This document shows positions 28,441 to 41,682 of a DNA stretch of 64,000 nt, piece by piece (position 1 is the first letter of the stretch; each line of letters begins with the position of its first letter). A program made the position numbers and the translations under genes. Source of the stretch: the human T2T-CHM13v2.0 reference genome, Homo sapiens. The DNA lies in the NCBI RefSeq assembly GCF_009914755.1, contig NC_060939.1; one strand, written 5' to 3'. Under the pieces are notes generated by a model. It worked only from the letters and a program-made list of their open reading frames with translations. It ran no database searches and was not told where the DNA came from.

Positions 28441-30028
28441 CAGATTTAATTATAGACATGTTGGATTTGAAACATTGGTAAGACTTGCAAGTGGAAATAT
28501 GCAGGAGGCAGAGGAAGATACAGAACTGGACAAGGTCAGGCATGGGCACAGAGCCAGGGAGTGGGGGTGGTTGAAAGGTGCCCACAGATGCGTTTATTCA
28601 AACTATGAGTTGAGAGTCAGTTATACAGATGTACAATGTACAGAGAAATCTGCGCAAATGTTTTATGTATTAGGGAGATGTTTTCCCAAGTAATGAGTTA
28701 GAAATAACTGACTTTTGTTATGGTCCATGGACAGAACATTCCAACTGTGAGGAAACAGGACGCAGATGAAGAAGTCTGTGTCCTAAATCATGCTGAAAAG
28801 TCAGAATCTGTTGGGATTTTTGGAGATACATTCTTTGCATCTCATCTCATCTCAATGGTCTCACAAGTGCAATAGAAAATCATGGTCCTTGGTGAGAGCT
28901 GGTGAGAGCTTTGCCTTAGCATCCCCAGCTACAGACTCACCACCTTTCCCATTCCCTGTAGAACCTGAACCCCTCAAGGACAGGGAATGGGTCTCATTCA
29001 TCCAGGAGCTTCTAACACCCGACACACGCAGACACTCAGTAAACAGTAAGTGAATTAGTAGAACCAAGGAAATAAGAACCGACCCTATTCGGTTACATCT
29101 GCTCCTGGATATATTATCAAATTTAGAGTGTTTTCACTGACCCATCACTATTTCATTGTAAATGGCTGAATTTTCCCCCTGTAGGCTGGGGACAATGCCA
29201 CAATAAATTACTGCCTACTTGAACCGAGTTTCATTTTGTTCTGATTGATTGCCGGTTTCAAGGACCGTCTAAAATCTCAGTTTATGGACTTTACTTCCTG
29301 GTGGTTCCCAGAGAGAAATGAGCCTGGATTCCAGAGAATGCAAATTTCTTCAAACTTGCAGCCGGCTTCCAGACTCCCTGCAAAGGTCTCTTAAGCCTCT
29401 AAATATTTCCTCTCTTAAATCACACATCACTGGCACAGGCAGAATATTTTCCAGTTACTTCTTTCTTGTTAGGAGAGAGTCGCTTAGAGGTCTACCAAGT
29501 AGACAGAAATGCAGTCGTTTTGGCAGTTTTATTGTGCTGTCTTTAGGTTTCGTTTAGTGATTCTTTTTTTAAGTTGTGTTTGGTTTTTTATTCCTGAAAG
29601 AAACTATTTCAGGAATAGTTGCACTGGAATATTCCAGGAATAGTCGCTGCATTAGAAACACGATGTTGACTCTCTCTTGGCATGTTTATGGGTGGGATGA
29701 ACTGCATATGTGAAATGAAGCTTAATCTCTCACTTGTGCAAATGTCGAGACTTTGATTTGACACTTTTCCAATTAGGTGATGTGAATCCCTAGGGCTAGT
29801 GTGGTAGCTTATTGTGTAGCAATGGCACACAGGTATTCTGCCAAATTTTGATGTGTATCTAAAATTTGTATTTGATTCAACCTAGAATAGATTCTCTTAT
29901 AGTGTCTGTTGGACAGTATGCTGAACTGAGCAAGTTATGGAGTGTGGCACAGAATGAGGCACAATTTATGGTGCCATAGCTAAGAGGCACAGTGTCATGT
30001 CAAGTTAGTATGTATGAAAAATGACCAT

Positions 30029-30394
30029 TGCCTTGGTCTGAATCTTCCCCAAAATTCATGTTGAAACTTAATCACCATTGCAGTCGTATTAAGACGTGGG
30101 TCCTTTAGGAGGTGATTAGGTCATGAAGACTCCTCCCTCATAAATGGGATTAATGCCTTATAAAATAGCCTTCACCCGGGGTTCAGCCTTTTTTGCCCTT
30201 CTGCCTTTCACCATGTAAGGACACAGCAACAAGGCGCCACCTTGAAAGTAGAGACGGGGCCCTCACCAGACACCAAAGCTGCTGGAGCCTTGATCTTGAA
30301 CTTCCAGCCTCCAGAACTGGGAGAAATAAATTTCTATTATTTATAGATTACTCGTTCTCAAGTATTTTGATGTAACAGAAAACTGACTAAGACA
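30029..30394 (+). mobile_element. MaLR solo LTR (MSTD-like)
   Basis: TG...CA termini, 'gactaagaca' end and internal AATAAA. 5-bp TSD accat / gccat. Confidence 0.9.
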
Positions 30395-30782
30395 GCCATT
30401 TATTGAAACACACAAACTCTTCTCTGATGAATACAAAAAGGCTTGTGGTCAGGGCAATAAATAATTCTCAAATGGAGGGCAACAAAAGTGAAAAATGTGA
30501 CAACAGAAGGAAGTTTTTATAACTTCCCAACACTTTCTTTTTCATAATGTATTCCCCATTAATGCCCTTCAAATGTATAGCCAAAAATTTGAGTGTTTGA
30601 AAGTGCAAAAAGGTTGCAAACCACTGATCCATTCCCGACATCATCAGTTAGGTTCTGACACACATACACACACACAGCACTTTAGTTAATGTTTTTTCTT
30701 TTGGATTTTCTTTAAATTTTGCTGCTTTTCTTCATTGATGTTACTCAGATTTTGTTGATTTTTTTTCCCCATGTTTATCCTC

Positions 30783-31087
30783 TTTTTTTTTTTTTTTTTT
30801 TTTTTGAGACAGGGTCTCACTTTGTTGCCCAGGCTGGAGTGCAGTGGCACAATCATGGCTCACTGCAGCTTTAGCCTCCCAGGTTCAAGTGATCCTCCCA
30901 CCTTAGCCTCCTGAGTAGGTAGGACTAAAGGTGCACACCACCACACTCAGCTAATCTTTGTATTTTTTGTAGAGACAGTGTCTTGCCATGTTGCCCAGGC
31001 TGGTGGTCTCAAACTCCTGGGCTCAAGCAATCTTCCTGTCTCAGCCTTCCAAGATGCTGGGATTACAGTTGTGAGCCACCGCACCAA
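30783..31087 (-). mobile_element. Alu (AluJ-like)
   Basis: Antisense Alu with a long T tail and J-type motifs. Confidence 0.93.
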
Positions 31088-31489
31088 TCAATTTAAACTC
31101 TTCATGTCTTGCCTGATATATCCTAGGTATAAGCCTAAGAAAATTGCCTTAAGTAAGACTGAACAGTGCCTTGGACTCTCTTGCTCTCAGACAAATACCC
31201 AACTTTCCAGAGTGTTTATTATTGAAAACCACAAAAGTTGAAAATGGGAGACAGCTAACTTGGAAACTCTCCCTCATCCCTCCATCTCTGCCATTGTCAG
31301 AGTCAGTGATAAGAATGAGAGGTAAGTGCTCTTGCCCATGTATCGTACTTTTGCAGTGGATGGGGTCCTTGACTCTCTGAGAGTCATGGCCCTTAAGAAC
31401 ATCTGGAGCAGCCACTGAGGACTTTGTCAGCAACTTCTCATTCCAGGCAACAACCCACAGTGGCAGCCAGCAGCCCTCAGCTCCGTGGG

Positions 31490-31700
31490 AAGCAGTATGG
31501 GGGAAGTACGTGGACTTGGATAGCACTCAAACCAAAGTGTAACTCATTACTACTGCAACCTTTAGTAGAGTTGTCCACTTCTGTGAGCTTGGTCTCCTCA
31601 TCTGGAAAATGGAAATAAAATTTCTCCCCCGTGGTTATTAAAATTAAATAAGATGTCTGTCAGGCATCCTTATAGAGGAGGCACTGTATAAATGTTCTTT
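31490..31700 (+). mobile_element. MIR fragment
   Basis: 'ttggtctcctcatctggaaaatggaaataa...attaaataagatg'. Confidence 0.6.
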
Positions 31701-32019
31701 TCCTTGCCTCCCTGCATCCCATAATGTAAACACAACCTCCCTCACTGGCTACCTTTTGTTACTGACACTGGAATATCTGAAAATCAACTGATAGAGATGA
31801 TGAGACATGCTTCTTTCACAGATTCATCAGATTTCCTGACTGGCCTTAGATGAAGCAGGAGCAGAGGGGGAAATCTTGATCTGTGGCAGGTGTTTAGGTT
31901 TCATGGATGGTAAAGAGTAAGTCTGAGCTATCCATGATCAATTTATTACTAATACACATCACACTTTCATATAACTTAGATAACAGCTATGAACTCACTT
32001 CTTTGGAAGATCCTGACTG

Positions 32020-32390
32020 CTATGGCAAAGACTCTTTCGTTGTCTGCCAAACCTGAGTCTCTTTCCTCCTGGGTCCATAGCTAGGCCGTATTTCCCAGCC
32101 TTCTTGAAGTTGGATGTAGCCAATGGAAGATGGGCCAGTCCTGGTGATTCTCCACTTTTTCCCCTCTCCATCTGCCAGGTGGATATCAGTGTCCAGTGCA
32201 ACCTTGGAAACCATGTATTGAGGGGCATAGAGCCTCTGGCAGCCTGGGTCCTTAAGTGGTTGTGTGGAGCTTTACCCTCCCTGCCCACCATCTGAGTTTT
32301 ACCCTAGCAAGAAATAAGCTCTTCATGTTAAGCCATGGAGGAGTTGTCAAGGTTCATCTGTTATAGCAGCTAGCTTTGCCTTAACGAATA
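32020..32390 (+). mobile_element. MaLR LTR (MLT1J-like)
   Basis: 'tatttcccagccttcttgaagttggatgtagcc...gcagcctgggtcctt...gttaagccat...tgttatagcagctagc'. Confidence 0.75.
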
Positions 32391-33849
32391 AACTTGATGA
32401 AACAGGAGGTGAGTTTTTTAAACTTTCCCCTTTTATGATAGCACTGACATTCTTCTGAACATTTTCTATGTTGTTACTGTGGGAAAACAAATGTCATAAT
32501 TACTTATCTATTCAAAATATGCTGTGTATATTGATCATAAGAAAGATGGAATGAGGTTCTCTGTCAGCAGGAAGTCTATTTGACTTTTTACCTAACAGTC
32601 TCAATTGAAAGCTGGGGTTAGTGATTAACTACACTTATTGTGTTTTCAATCAGATTAAACACTCATGGTGCCAGGTGCTAGGTTGAGAAGGGGAAGCTTA
32701 GTAAAGACAGAAGAAATAAAAGTAATTTTTTTTCTAAATAGTCAGAAATCCAGAAATTAGACAATCATCAAAGATTTGTCTAACGTATCCTATATACTTT
32801 TATGTTTTCTTGAACAAAATGTACTGAAAATAGTTTTACCTTTTCCAGCCTTCAGCTTCATCAACTGTAAAATGAAGGATACTTAATCTACAGGATTTGA
32901 GAATTAAATGGGGATCATAGCTACCTCCCAGCCTAATGCCTGACGTAATAAATATTAAAACCCTACCCTTTCTTAATGACCTGGTTTGTTGGGATATGCT
33001 CGGGAGTTATGCTTATGAACATGAATTATCACCTTGGAGACTTGTAAATTATCTGTGGCTGCTTATCCCAACATGGAATGGTGCTAGGTGGCAGTGCTTC
33101 TGTTATGGTAACTACTTCTACAATTTTTATTGATTTCTTCTTGCCACTTTTTGCTTGTAGTTGCAGCCTTCAAAACTATCTTCTTCTAATCCTTTTTATT
33201 GGGGGAAGAAAATGAAACACCCCTGTTAGAAATTATTATTATTGGAAAATGAACGAGTTCTGTATGCAAGCTGGAAGACACTCCAGCCAAGAAGACTACC
33301 AGCCGAATGGCAGTTACAGCAGCTCAGGGGCCAGCACACTCAGTGCCAAGATTGGGGCTGGTTCCAGCAAGTTGAGGTTAGCAGCAGTCAGAACTCCCCA
33401 GTTCAGTATGGTGCTGCCACACTTCTTGCCAGCTCAGCTCCTGTGGCTGGGAGAAAGCGGGGAGGAAGGAGGTAAAGATCAGAGATTGAAGCAGGACAGG
33501 ATATCCAGGGTCAGATGTAACTTTAGTGATTCTTCATTGCGGAGGCCAAGCAGTGGTTTTTGGGTGTGAGTTTTTATGACACACTACTTATTTGGGGCTA
33601 AATATGACATGCCCACGTATTTAAAAGCCCCAATCATTCATTATCCAGCACAAAGATGGTAATATACACATCTATTTAAAATGGTATCAGCTGACATCTC
33701 AGTGATTTGAGGAACTTTAGAAAGGATCTGTCCTCCAAAATATCTCCTCATCCAGTTTGCCTTGATTAAGGAATCTCACCCTGAAGAGATGTATCCCTTA
33801 GGGTCAGTGGAGTGTTTGCTCTCTTTCACTCATATGGTCACCAGAAAAC

Positions 33850-34570
33850 ATGGGTTGATACCTACTGTGTACCAAGCCCCCGAAAAAAAAAAATCTTTGC
33901 CTCTGCCTTCAGGAATCTTACTGTCTACTTGAAGAGATTATTACATGAGAAATCTGTGCTGTGGATGAGGAAGGGGGTCTAGAAAGTGAAGTACAGGGGC
34001 TTAGAGAGAAATTAAATGGGGGGCGGGGGCATTGACGGGGATAGGGGCAGGGGTGCTAACTTAGATTTTGAGTCAGAATGCCTCTCTGGAAGAATGTGCT
34101 TCTATCAGAGACCTGAAGGAGTGGTCCTTGGCCAGGCAAAAGAAGGGATGAGTTTAGAGCCATAGGAAAAAATGAGTGAACATTTGAGGCAGGAAGGAGC
34201 TAGGAGCTAGAGGGAGACCAGAGGGTCATAAGGAAGGGGCTGGGGAGTGTGGGATGGGGCTAGATCCTGCTGGGCTTCTGGGCCTGGCTAAGGACTTCTT
34301 AAATTCAGACCTAAGGACTTCCTCATTCATCCTACAGGCAATAGGAAACGCCTGAAGTAATAAAAGAATGACCTGTTTCCGCTCTTGTTTTAAAATATCA
34401 TTCTACTCAAGATGTGGAAATTGTGTTGGAAATAGACAAGGTAGAAGCCCAGAGATCAGTTAGGAAGTGACTGAAAAAAATCCCGGGAGGTGCAAGGCCT
34501 TGAACTTATGGACACATGAAAATGGATAGAAGTGGGTGAATTCAAGACACATTTCAAAAATGCAGTCAGT
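33850..34570 (-). mobile_element. Degenerate L2 fragments
   Basis: 'cctactgtgtaccaagc...ctgccttcaggaatcttac...agagacctgaagga...aatgacctg..ccgct..tgttttaaaatatcattct'. Confidence 0.55.
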
Positions 34571-34584
34571 AAGATTCTTCTACT

Positions 34585-34800
34585 GCATTGTGGTTAAGCA
34601 CCTCGGCTGTGGAGACAGACGCCCTGGGTTTGAATCCCTGCTTTGCTGCAGACTTGTCATGTGATCATGAGCAAGTCACTTAACTTTTCCAAGCCTTGAC
34701 CTGACCTGTCCACTGGGCATGTTATTTAAAACAGAGAATACACTCGTGGTCTCTTAACACAGTGCCTAGTGGCACAGATCAAGCACTCATTAAATGTTGT
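34585..34800 (+). mobile_element. MIR
   Basis: 'gtggttaagcac...cagacgccctgggtttgaatccctgctttgc...gcaagtcacttaact'. Confidence 0.8.
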
Positions 34801-35269
34801 TCTTTTGTTGAAATGCAGGGAGAGGTAACACTACAATTTAGTTATCACTTAATTAGCTCTTTGTTCTGAGTTAGTCTCCCCGATATTTTCCAGCTGCCAA
34901 ATAAGAGAAGCAGAAACTGGGCAGAAGACGCCTGAATTCTGGGTGGAGGAAGACCAGGGCTGCATTAGAATCCCTTGTGAACTTGAAAACCATCAATGTG
35001 TCCCCCTCTTCATGTTCCTCTTCTCCAGCTCACCCATAACCCCAGTCTTAAGCTTTTACTGCAAGGTCAGTTTTTCCAGTTTTTTCCCATACTTTCTCCA
35101 AGTCCTCAGAAATTTCTGTAAGTCCTGCAGCCTAAAATACAGTCCAAGCCATGCTGAGGAGTAAGGTTACACTGTTGTGTTAATCTGCCATGAGCAGACA
35201 TGCAACGGTGGTCACTGGGACCTTTGGTGCTTATTCTATAGCCTTGGCCTAGAGGGAAGAGAGACATGA

Positions 35270-35705
<436 letters not shown>

Positions 35706-36806
35706 AGGGTGGAATTACTTAATGTAGAATTTATCTTGCCACATATTTGTTAAACTCTTTCACCAGAGTGTTTGGTGCTGGCTGTTTATAATATAGATGT
35801 TTGACAAATCTCTTAAAACATGCAAAGCCATTTTCTTTCTTTCTTTTTTCAGAAAGTAATAATCATCTCTGTTCTATTCGAAGCAGCAAATTATATTTAA
35901 TTAAGTAAAAATAAGATTAGAGAAGGAGTGTGTTGAAGACCCTTGGAAGAAAACCAATGAGTTCGTTGGCTCTGTCATTTTCCCACTGGTAATATTTTTT
36001 CAGCTCCACTGGTGGGAGTTGTAAAGTTTTCCATTTAGGCAGAGAGTGAACACCTTTGGTCATGGAAAGAAAGCCAGTCCTTTTGAGATATTCACTTGCC
36101 ATGTGTATGCCTTCTGAAGTATGAGTTGTATTTGCTGAGCAATTGAGTCTTCCCTGGGTTTCTGGGATCAGGTGCCTGCAGTTTGATAAAATAACCTCTA
36201 GATGGAGCTTTTGCACCTTTTGGTTGAGCTGGGTTGCCCGTGGGGCAAATCCCCGGTAATCTGAGCAGGATCAAAATAAACTTCGTTACTCCTTCTTATT
36301 ACGTAAGTATTGTGTGTTTGTGGTGGGAACACTAGGAAATATAGATTTGCAAATGGGAGAAAATAAAAATCACCGTGCAGAGGTAACCAGCATTACCATG
36401 CTGGAGAATAGCCTTCTGATCACTTTTTCTGTGTGTAATGAAAATGGTTTCATCCTCGAAATCCCCTTTTGTAACTTTTTTTCACTTAGTAAATTGTCAC
36501 ATCAATACAGCATACACCAATCAGTGTCACTAAATATTACAACACCTTAGTTTTATAATTAAAGAGTATCTCAGAACATACAGTAAGATGTATTTAACTC
36601 AGACCTTGTGATTAAATGTTTACATTATTTAAGATTTTTCACCATTATGAACAATACCAAGATGAAAACTCTTTTTTAGACAAATTTTGGCTCATGTCCG
36701 CGATTCTCAGAGATGGAACTGGTGTTCGTTGAAAATGTATGCATTATGAAGTCCGCTGATATTGCCTGCTTAGAGCAGGACTCCCACCTGACTAGTAGGA
36801 GAAAAT

Positions 36807-36912
36807 TTAATCACAAGGGTCCTTAAAGGTGGAAGAAGACCAAGGCAGATGAGGGAAGGTTGTGAGAAGAACTCAACCTGCCATTGCTAGCTTTGAAGAT
36901 GAAGGGGAGACC
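36807..36912 (+). mobile_element. Isolated MLT1D internal fragment (inverted copy of 39391-39491)
   Basis: 'ttaatcacaagggtccttaaa...aactcaacctgccattgc..gctttgaagatgaagggg' aligns to the reverse complement of 39391-39491. Confidence 0.8.
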
Positions 36913-37094
36913 TACTGATCGGGTAGGAGATGTGCTCTAAGTAGGCATTATTGGCAGGCTTAGTAATGCATATATTTTGAACTAAAATAACCCCAATATC
37001 ATTAGGGATTATTGGAAATCCAAAGTCTCAGGCCCCATCCCAGACCTACTGATTTAAAATCATGTTAAGATACGAAGTGATTTGTATACACTTT

Positions 37095-37341
37095 CAGAGA
37101 CAGGGTCTTGGTCTGTTGCCCTGGCTGGAGTACATCAGCGCGATCCCAGCTCACCACAGCCTCCTGAATAGCTGGGACTGCAGGTGCACACAACACACTT
37201 GGCTAGCTTTTCAATTTTGTTGTAGAGACAGAGTCTCACTATGTTGCCCGTGCTGGTCTCTAACTCCTGGGCTCAAGCAATCCTCCCACCTCAGCCTCCC
37301 AAAGTGCTAGGATTATAGGCATGAGCCACAGTGCCTGGCCA
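37095..37341 (-). mobile_element. Alu (AluJ-like) with an internal deletion and no tail
   Basis: Antisense Alu lacking the segment between two 'cagcctc' motifs. Confidence 0.88.
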
Positions 37342-37793
37342 AAGCCCAACTCTTAAAGCACCTGTATTCATTTGCAGTCTCAACCCTGTGTCAGACTACC
37401 TGTTTCCCTAGACTCTTGCCAGTAATGGGCATTTATCCTTCATAAAAATTATTTTCCAGATGAACGTAGCAACGTGTTATTTGATTTTGTGTATCTTTGG
37501 TTACTATTAATGTTAAATTGGTTTTCGTATTAGAGTCTCATACTGCATTTGTGTATCTTCATTTGTGAACTGCCTATTCATGGTCATTCCCATTTTTATC
37601 ATTTCACTATTTTTCCAAATGAGAATAATTTTTGTTTTATTACTATATTTTTCTGCTCACTGTAAAAACAGTTAGAAAATAACAAAATTAAAAGAATGTG
37701 ATACTCACCTTTTATGTTTGCTCAAAATAAAATTATATTAAGGATGGCATTTTATGGCCTACTTTTTAAACAGCATATTAAGATACAATTTAT

Positions 37794-38072
37794 GGCCAGG
37801 CACGATGTCCTGTAATCCCAGCACTTTGGTAGGCCAAGGCGGGCGGATCACCTGAGTTCAGGAGTTCGAGACCAACCTGGCCAACATGGTGAAACCCTGT
37901 CTCTACTAAACAACAAAAATTAGCCAGGTGTGGTGGTGGGTGTGTGTGTTTGAGGTATGAGAATCACTTGAACCCGGGAGGCAGGGGTTGCAGTGAGCCA
38001 AGATTGTTCCCTGAACTCCAGCCTGGGTGACAAGAGCGAGACTCCGTCTCAAAAAAAACAAACAGAAAAAAA
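37794..38072 (+). mobile_element. Alu (AluSx-like) with small deletions
   Basis: Sense Alu. TSD agatacaatttat / aggtataatttat. Confidence 0.92.
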
Positions 38073-39169
38073 CAGGTATAATTTATACATCATCCAATTC
38101 ACTGATTTCATTTTTTTAGTATATTTATATTCACAGGGTTGTGCAACTCTCACCATAGTATAACTTTAGAACATTTTCATCACTCCCAAAAGTAATCCTA
38201 TACCCATTAGCAGTCACTCCCTATTTCCGCTCACCCTCCTCGGGCCTGTGAAACAACTAATCTACTCTCTGTCTCCATACATTTGCCTATACTGGACATT
38301 TCATATAAATGGAATCATTCAACGAATGGTCTTTTGTGACCGACTTCCTTCACTTAATATATCTTTTCAAGGATCATCCATTTTGTAGCATGTATCAATA
38401 CTTCGTTGCTTTGTATTGCCAAACTATATTCTGTAGTGCGGATATACCACATTTTATATATATCTGTTCATTAGGTGATGGATATTTGAGTTACGTCCAT
38501 TTCGGGGGTTGGGCTATCATGAATAATGCTGCTACGAACATGTGGACATATGTTGTCATTTCTCTTAGGTATATATCTAAAATTGGAATTACTGGATCAT
38601 GTGGTAATTCTACATTTAACTTTTTGATACAGCTGCAGACTTTTCCAAGGCAGCCGCACCATTTTACCTGACCACTAGTAGTATGTAAGATTTCCAGCTT
38701 ATCCACACCCTTGCCAACATTTGTTATCACCTGTGTATTTGATTAGTGGTTTTGATTTGCATTTCCCTAATGACTCTTGATGTTGAGCATCTTTTTCTGT
38801 GCTTATTGACCATTTGTATGTTTTTTCCTGGAGAAATGTCTATTCAAACCTTTTGCCCATTTTTAATTGAGTTTTCATTTTATTATTAAAGTATAAGAAT
38901 ACTTCATAGGTTCTGATACAAGTCTCTTATCAGACATGATTTGTACATTTTTTCTCCCATTCTGTGGATTGCCTTTTCACCAACTTGATGGTATCATTAG
39001 CAGCACCAGGGTCTTGAATTTTGATAAAGTCCCATTTATTTATTTTTCCTTTTTCACTTGTGCTTTTGGTGTTACACCTATAAAACCATCACCTAACCCA
39101 AGCTCATGAAGTTGCTCCTGTGTTTCCTTCTAAGAGTTTTAAAATCTTAGCTCTTATAGTCAGGTCTAT

Positions 39170-39663
39170 ATATTAGTGTCCTATGGCTTTTACAACAAAT
39201 TAACAAATTTGGTGGCATCAGATAACAAATTTATTATCTTACAGTTCCAGAGATCAGAAGTCCAAAATGGGTCTCACTAGACTGCCATCAAGGTGTTGGC
39301 AAAACCGCAGGCCCTGTGGAGGCTTTAGGAAAGGATCCCTACTTCTGGCTCTTTCCAGCTTCTGGAGGCTGCCACATTCCTTGGTTCCCAGGTCCCCTTC
39401 ATCTTCAAAGCCTGCAATGGCAGGTTGAGTTCCTTTCACAACCTTCCCTCCTCTGCCTGGCCCTTCCACATTTAAGGACCCTTGTGATTAATTGTGCCTA
39501 CCTTGATAATCTAAAATAATCTCTGTATTTTAAAGTCATCAGAGTAGCCATGTTAATTCCATCTGCCAGCTTGTTTTCCCTTTGCTATGTAATGTAACAT
39601 ATTCACAAATTTCAGGGATTAGGACGTGGACATCTTGGTGGAGACATTATTCTGCCTACCATG
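39170..39663 (-). mobile_element. MaLR solo LTR (MLT1D-like)
   Basis: 'tattagtgtcctat...tcagaagtccaaaatgggtctcact...gggattaggacgtggacatct...attattctgcctacca'. TSD-like tctat on both sides. Confidence 0.9.
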
Positions 39664-39669
39664 ATCTAT

Positions 39670-39862
39670 GATTTATTTGTTTAATGGACAAGTAAAAATT
39701 GTATATATTTATGGTGTGCTACATGATGTTTTGGGTTTATGTACACATTGTGACTGAGTAAATCAAGCTAATTCACTTATGTATTATAAGAACACTTAAA
39801 ATCTCTCTTAGCAGTTTCCAAGTATATAATATATTATTATTAATTATAGTGACCATGATGTA
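39670..39862 (-). mobile_element. L1MA (MA8/9-like) 3' terminal fragment
   Basis: 'aaaattgtatatatttatggtgt...aaatcaagctaatt...agaacacttaaaatct'. Confidence 0.75.
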
Positions 39863-40234
39863 GAATCTTTGATGTGTTTTGAGTTAATTTGTGTGTGTAT
39901 GTGGGAGGAAGTAGGGGTCTATCCTCATTCTTTTGCGTGTAGATATCCACTTATCCTGGCACCATTTGTGGAAAAGACTATTCTTCCCTTATTGATGTAG
40001 CCTACTTTTGTCTTAAAATGTAACATCAAAATGTTGTTAGTATCAGCAGTCAATGGCATGGTCACTCTAAAGGATTGGATAGGAGTTCACTTTTTGGATA
40101 TACCATAGTGTATCTAGGACCTCCCCTACGGTTAGACATTGAGTCCAACCTTTCACAGTTAACATTGTCTTTAAGGGTTTTGTGTTTTTAAAAATATATT
40201 GTGGACCTGAGCCCTTTCCCACTATAAATGTTGT

Positions 40235-40780
40235 CAATTATCTTTGAAATCATTCACTTCTTTCCACCATCCCAGTTTAAGCTCTTAGCCCTTTTCATCT
40301 GGACTACAGCCATAATCTTCTAACTGGTCTTCCAGCTTCCATTCTTGCCTCCCTCTAATCCCTTCGCCATACAACAGAAGTAGCCTTTGCAAAATGCAAA
40401 TCTGGTCCTATAACTGCTGCCCTTGCCCTTAAAGTAGATTCTCATTAAGAGAAAGAAAAAATCTCTGCAACATGGCCCCTCCCTTTGTCCTCAGCCCATC
40501 TGATACTGGGCTGGCTCCCCCTTGGTTGCTTCTATTCAGCCATACCCCCTTCCTCTCAAGTCATCAGGAAGGCAAGTATTGCTCCTCTCACAAGCCAATC
40601 TCTCTAATGAGGACAATCTCCCTATATTACCATATATCTTTCCTTTGTAATTCTTTTCACATTGCAATTCTAAATGTATTTGTTGGGTTTCATTAATGTT
40701 GGCATCCTGCACCAGACAAAAAGTTCCGTAATGATAAGAATTGAGTCTGTTTTTCCTGGTTCAAGCAGATGATAAGTACT
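40235..40780 (+). mobile_element. L2 fragments
   Basis: 'catctggactacagccataatcttctaactggtcttccagcttcc...aaaatgcaaatctg'. Confidence 0.65.
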
Positions 40781-40842
40781 GATATTTTCAGTAAATGGAC
40801 AAGTGAAATACATTCTCTACTGTGTATTTGGCTTTAAAAAAA

Positions 40843-41151
40843 TTTTTTTTTATTTTTTTATTTTTATTTTTGAGACAGAGTCTCACTCTGGCCCAGGCTG
40901 GAGTGCAATCACAATCACGTGTTCTCGACTCACTGCAACTGCCTCCTAGGTTGAAGTGATTTTCACACCTCACCCTCCCAAGTAGCTGGGTTTACAGGTA
41001 CATGCCACCATGCCCAGCTAATTTTTGTATTTTTAGTAGGGATGAGGTTTCACCATGTTCAGGCTGGTCTTGAACTCCTGACCTCAACTGATCCACCTAC
41101 CTCGGCCTTCCAAAGTGCTGGGATTACAGACATGAGCCACCGTGCCCAGCC
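40843..41151 (-). mobile_element. Alu (AluSx/Sz-like)
   Basis: Full-length antisense Alu with a small 'caatca' duplication. Confidence 0.93.
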
Positions 41152-41682
41152 TATTTGTCTTTTAATTCTGTTTATGATATTTTCAACTTACAGAATTTTA
41201 AAATATATATACAAATATATAAATATTTTCTTTTGTGTTTTTGTCTTCATTATAGCTCTGCTTAAAAATCCTTCCCCACATTAAGAATATAGAAATATAG
41301 ACCCATTTCCTTTTACAGTTTTCATACTTCCGTTGTTTGCATAAAACCTATAATCCACCTGCAATTTATTTTGTCATTGATATAAATTAGAGAAATAACT
41401 TTACTCCTCAAGTGGCTGGCCACATTCCCAACCCTTTGCCTTCCTTTCCTTGATGATTTGAAGTGACTCATTGATTGCACACGAAATCATGTGCAATGTT
41501 TAGTCAGGTAAATGATCTGTCTCTTCTGTCGCTGGTTGTTTTTGCCACTGTTTTCATTATTACGGCTTCGTGCTATGTTTTAGTATCTGACAGTTACCTT
41601 TTGTAAGAAAATAAGATTTCATAAAATAATACTTTGTGCAATTTGAATTAAGGTTTTCTAGACAGATAATTATTGCTTGAAG

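Larger units (their letters stand above)
38075..39995 (-). mobile_element. L1MB-type 3' fragment, interrupted by MLT1D and an L1MA piece
   Basis: Minus-strand ORF 38491-38730 (KKLNVELPHDPVIPILDIY...MFVAALFMIA) is L1 ORF2 C-terminal. The L1 resumes at about 39870. Confidence 0.88.

Noticed and set aside
41474-41497. 8-bp inverted repeat attgcaca-N8-tgtgcaat as a regulatory hairpin
   Set aside because: Expected by chance in 64 kb, with no supporting context.
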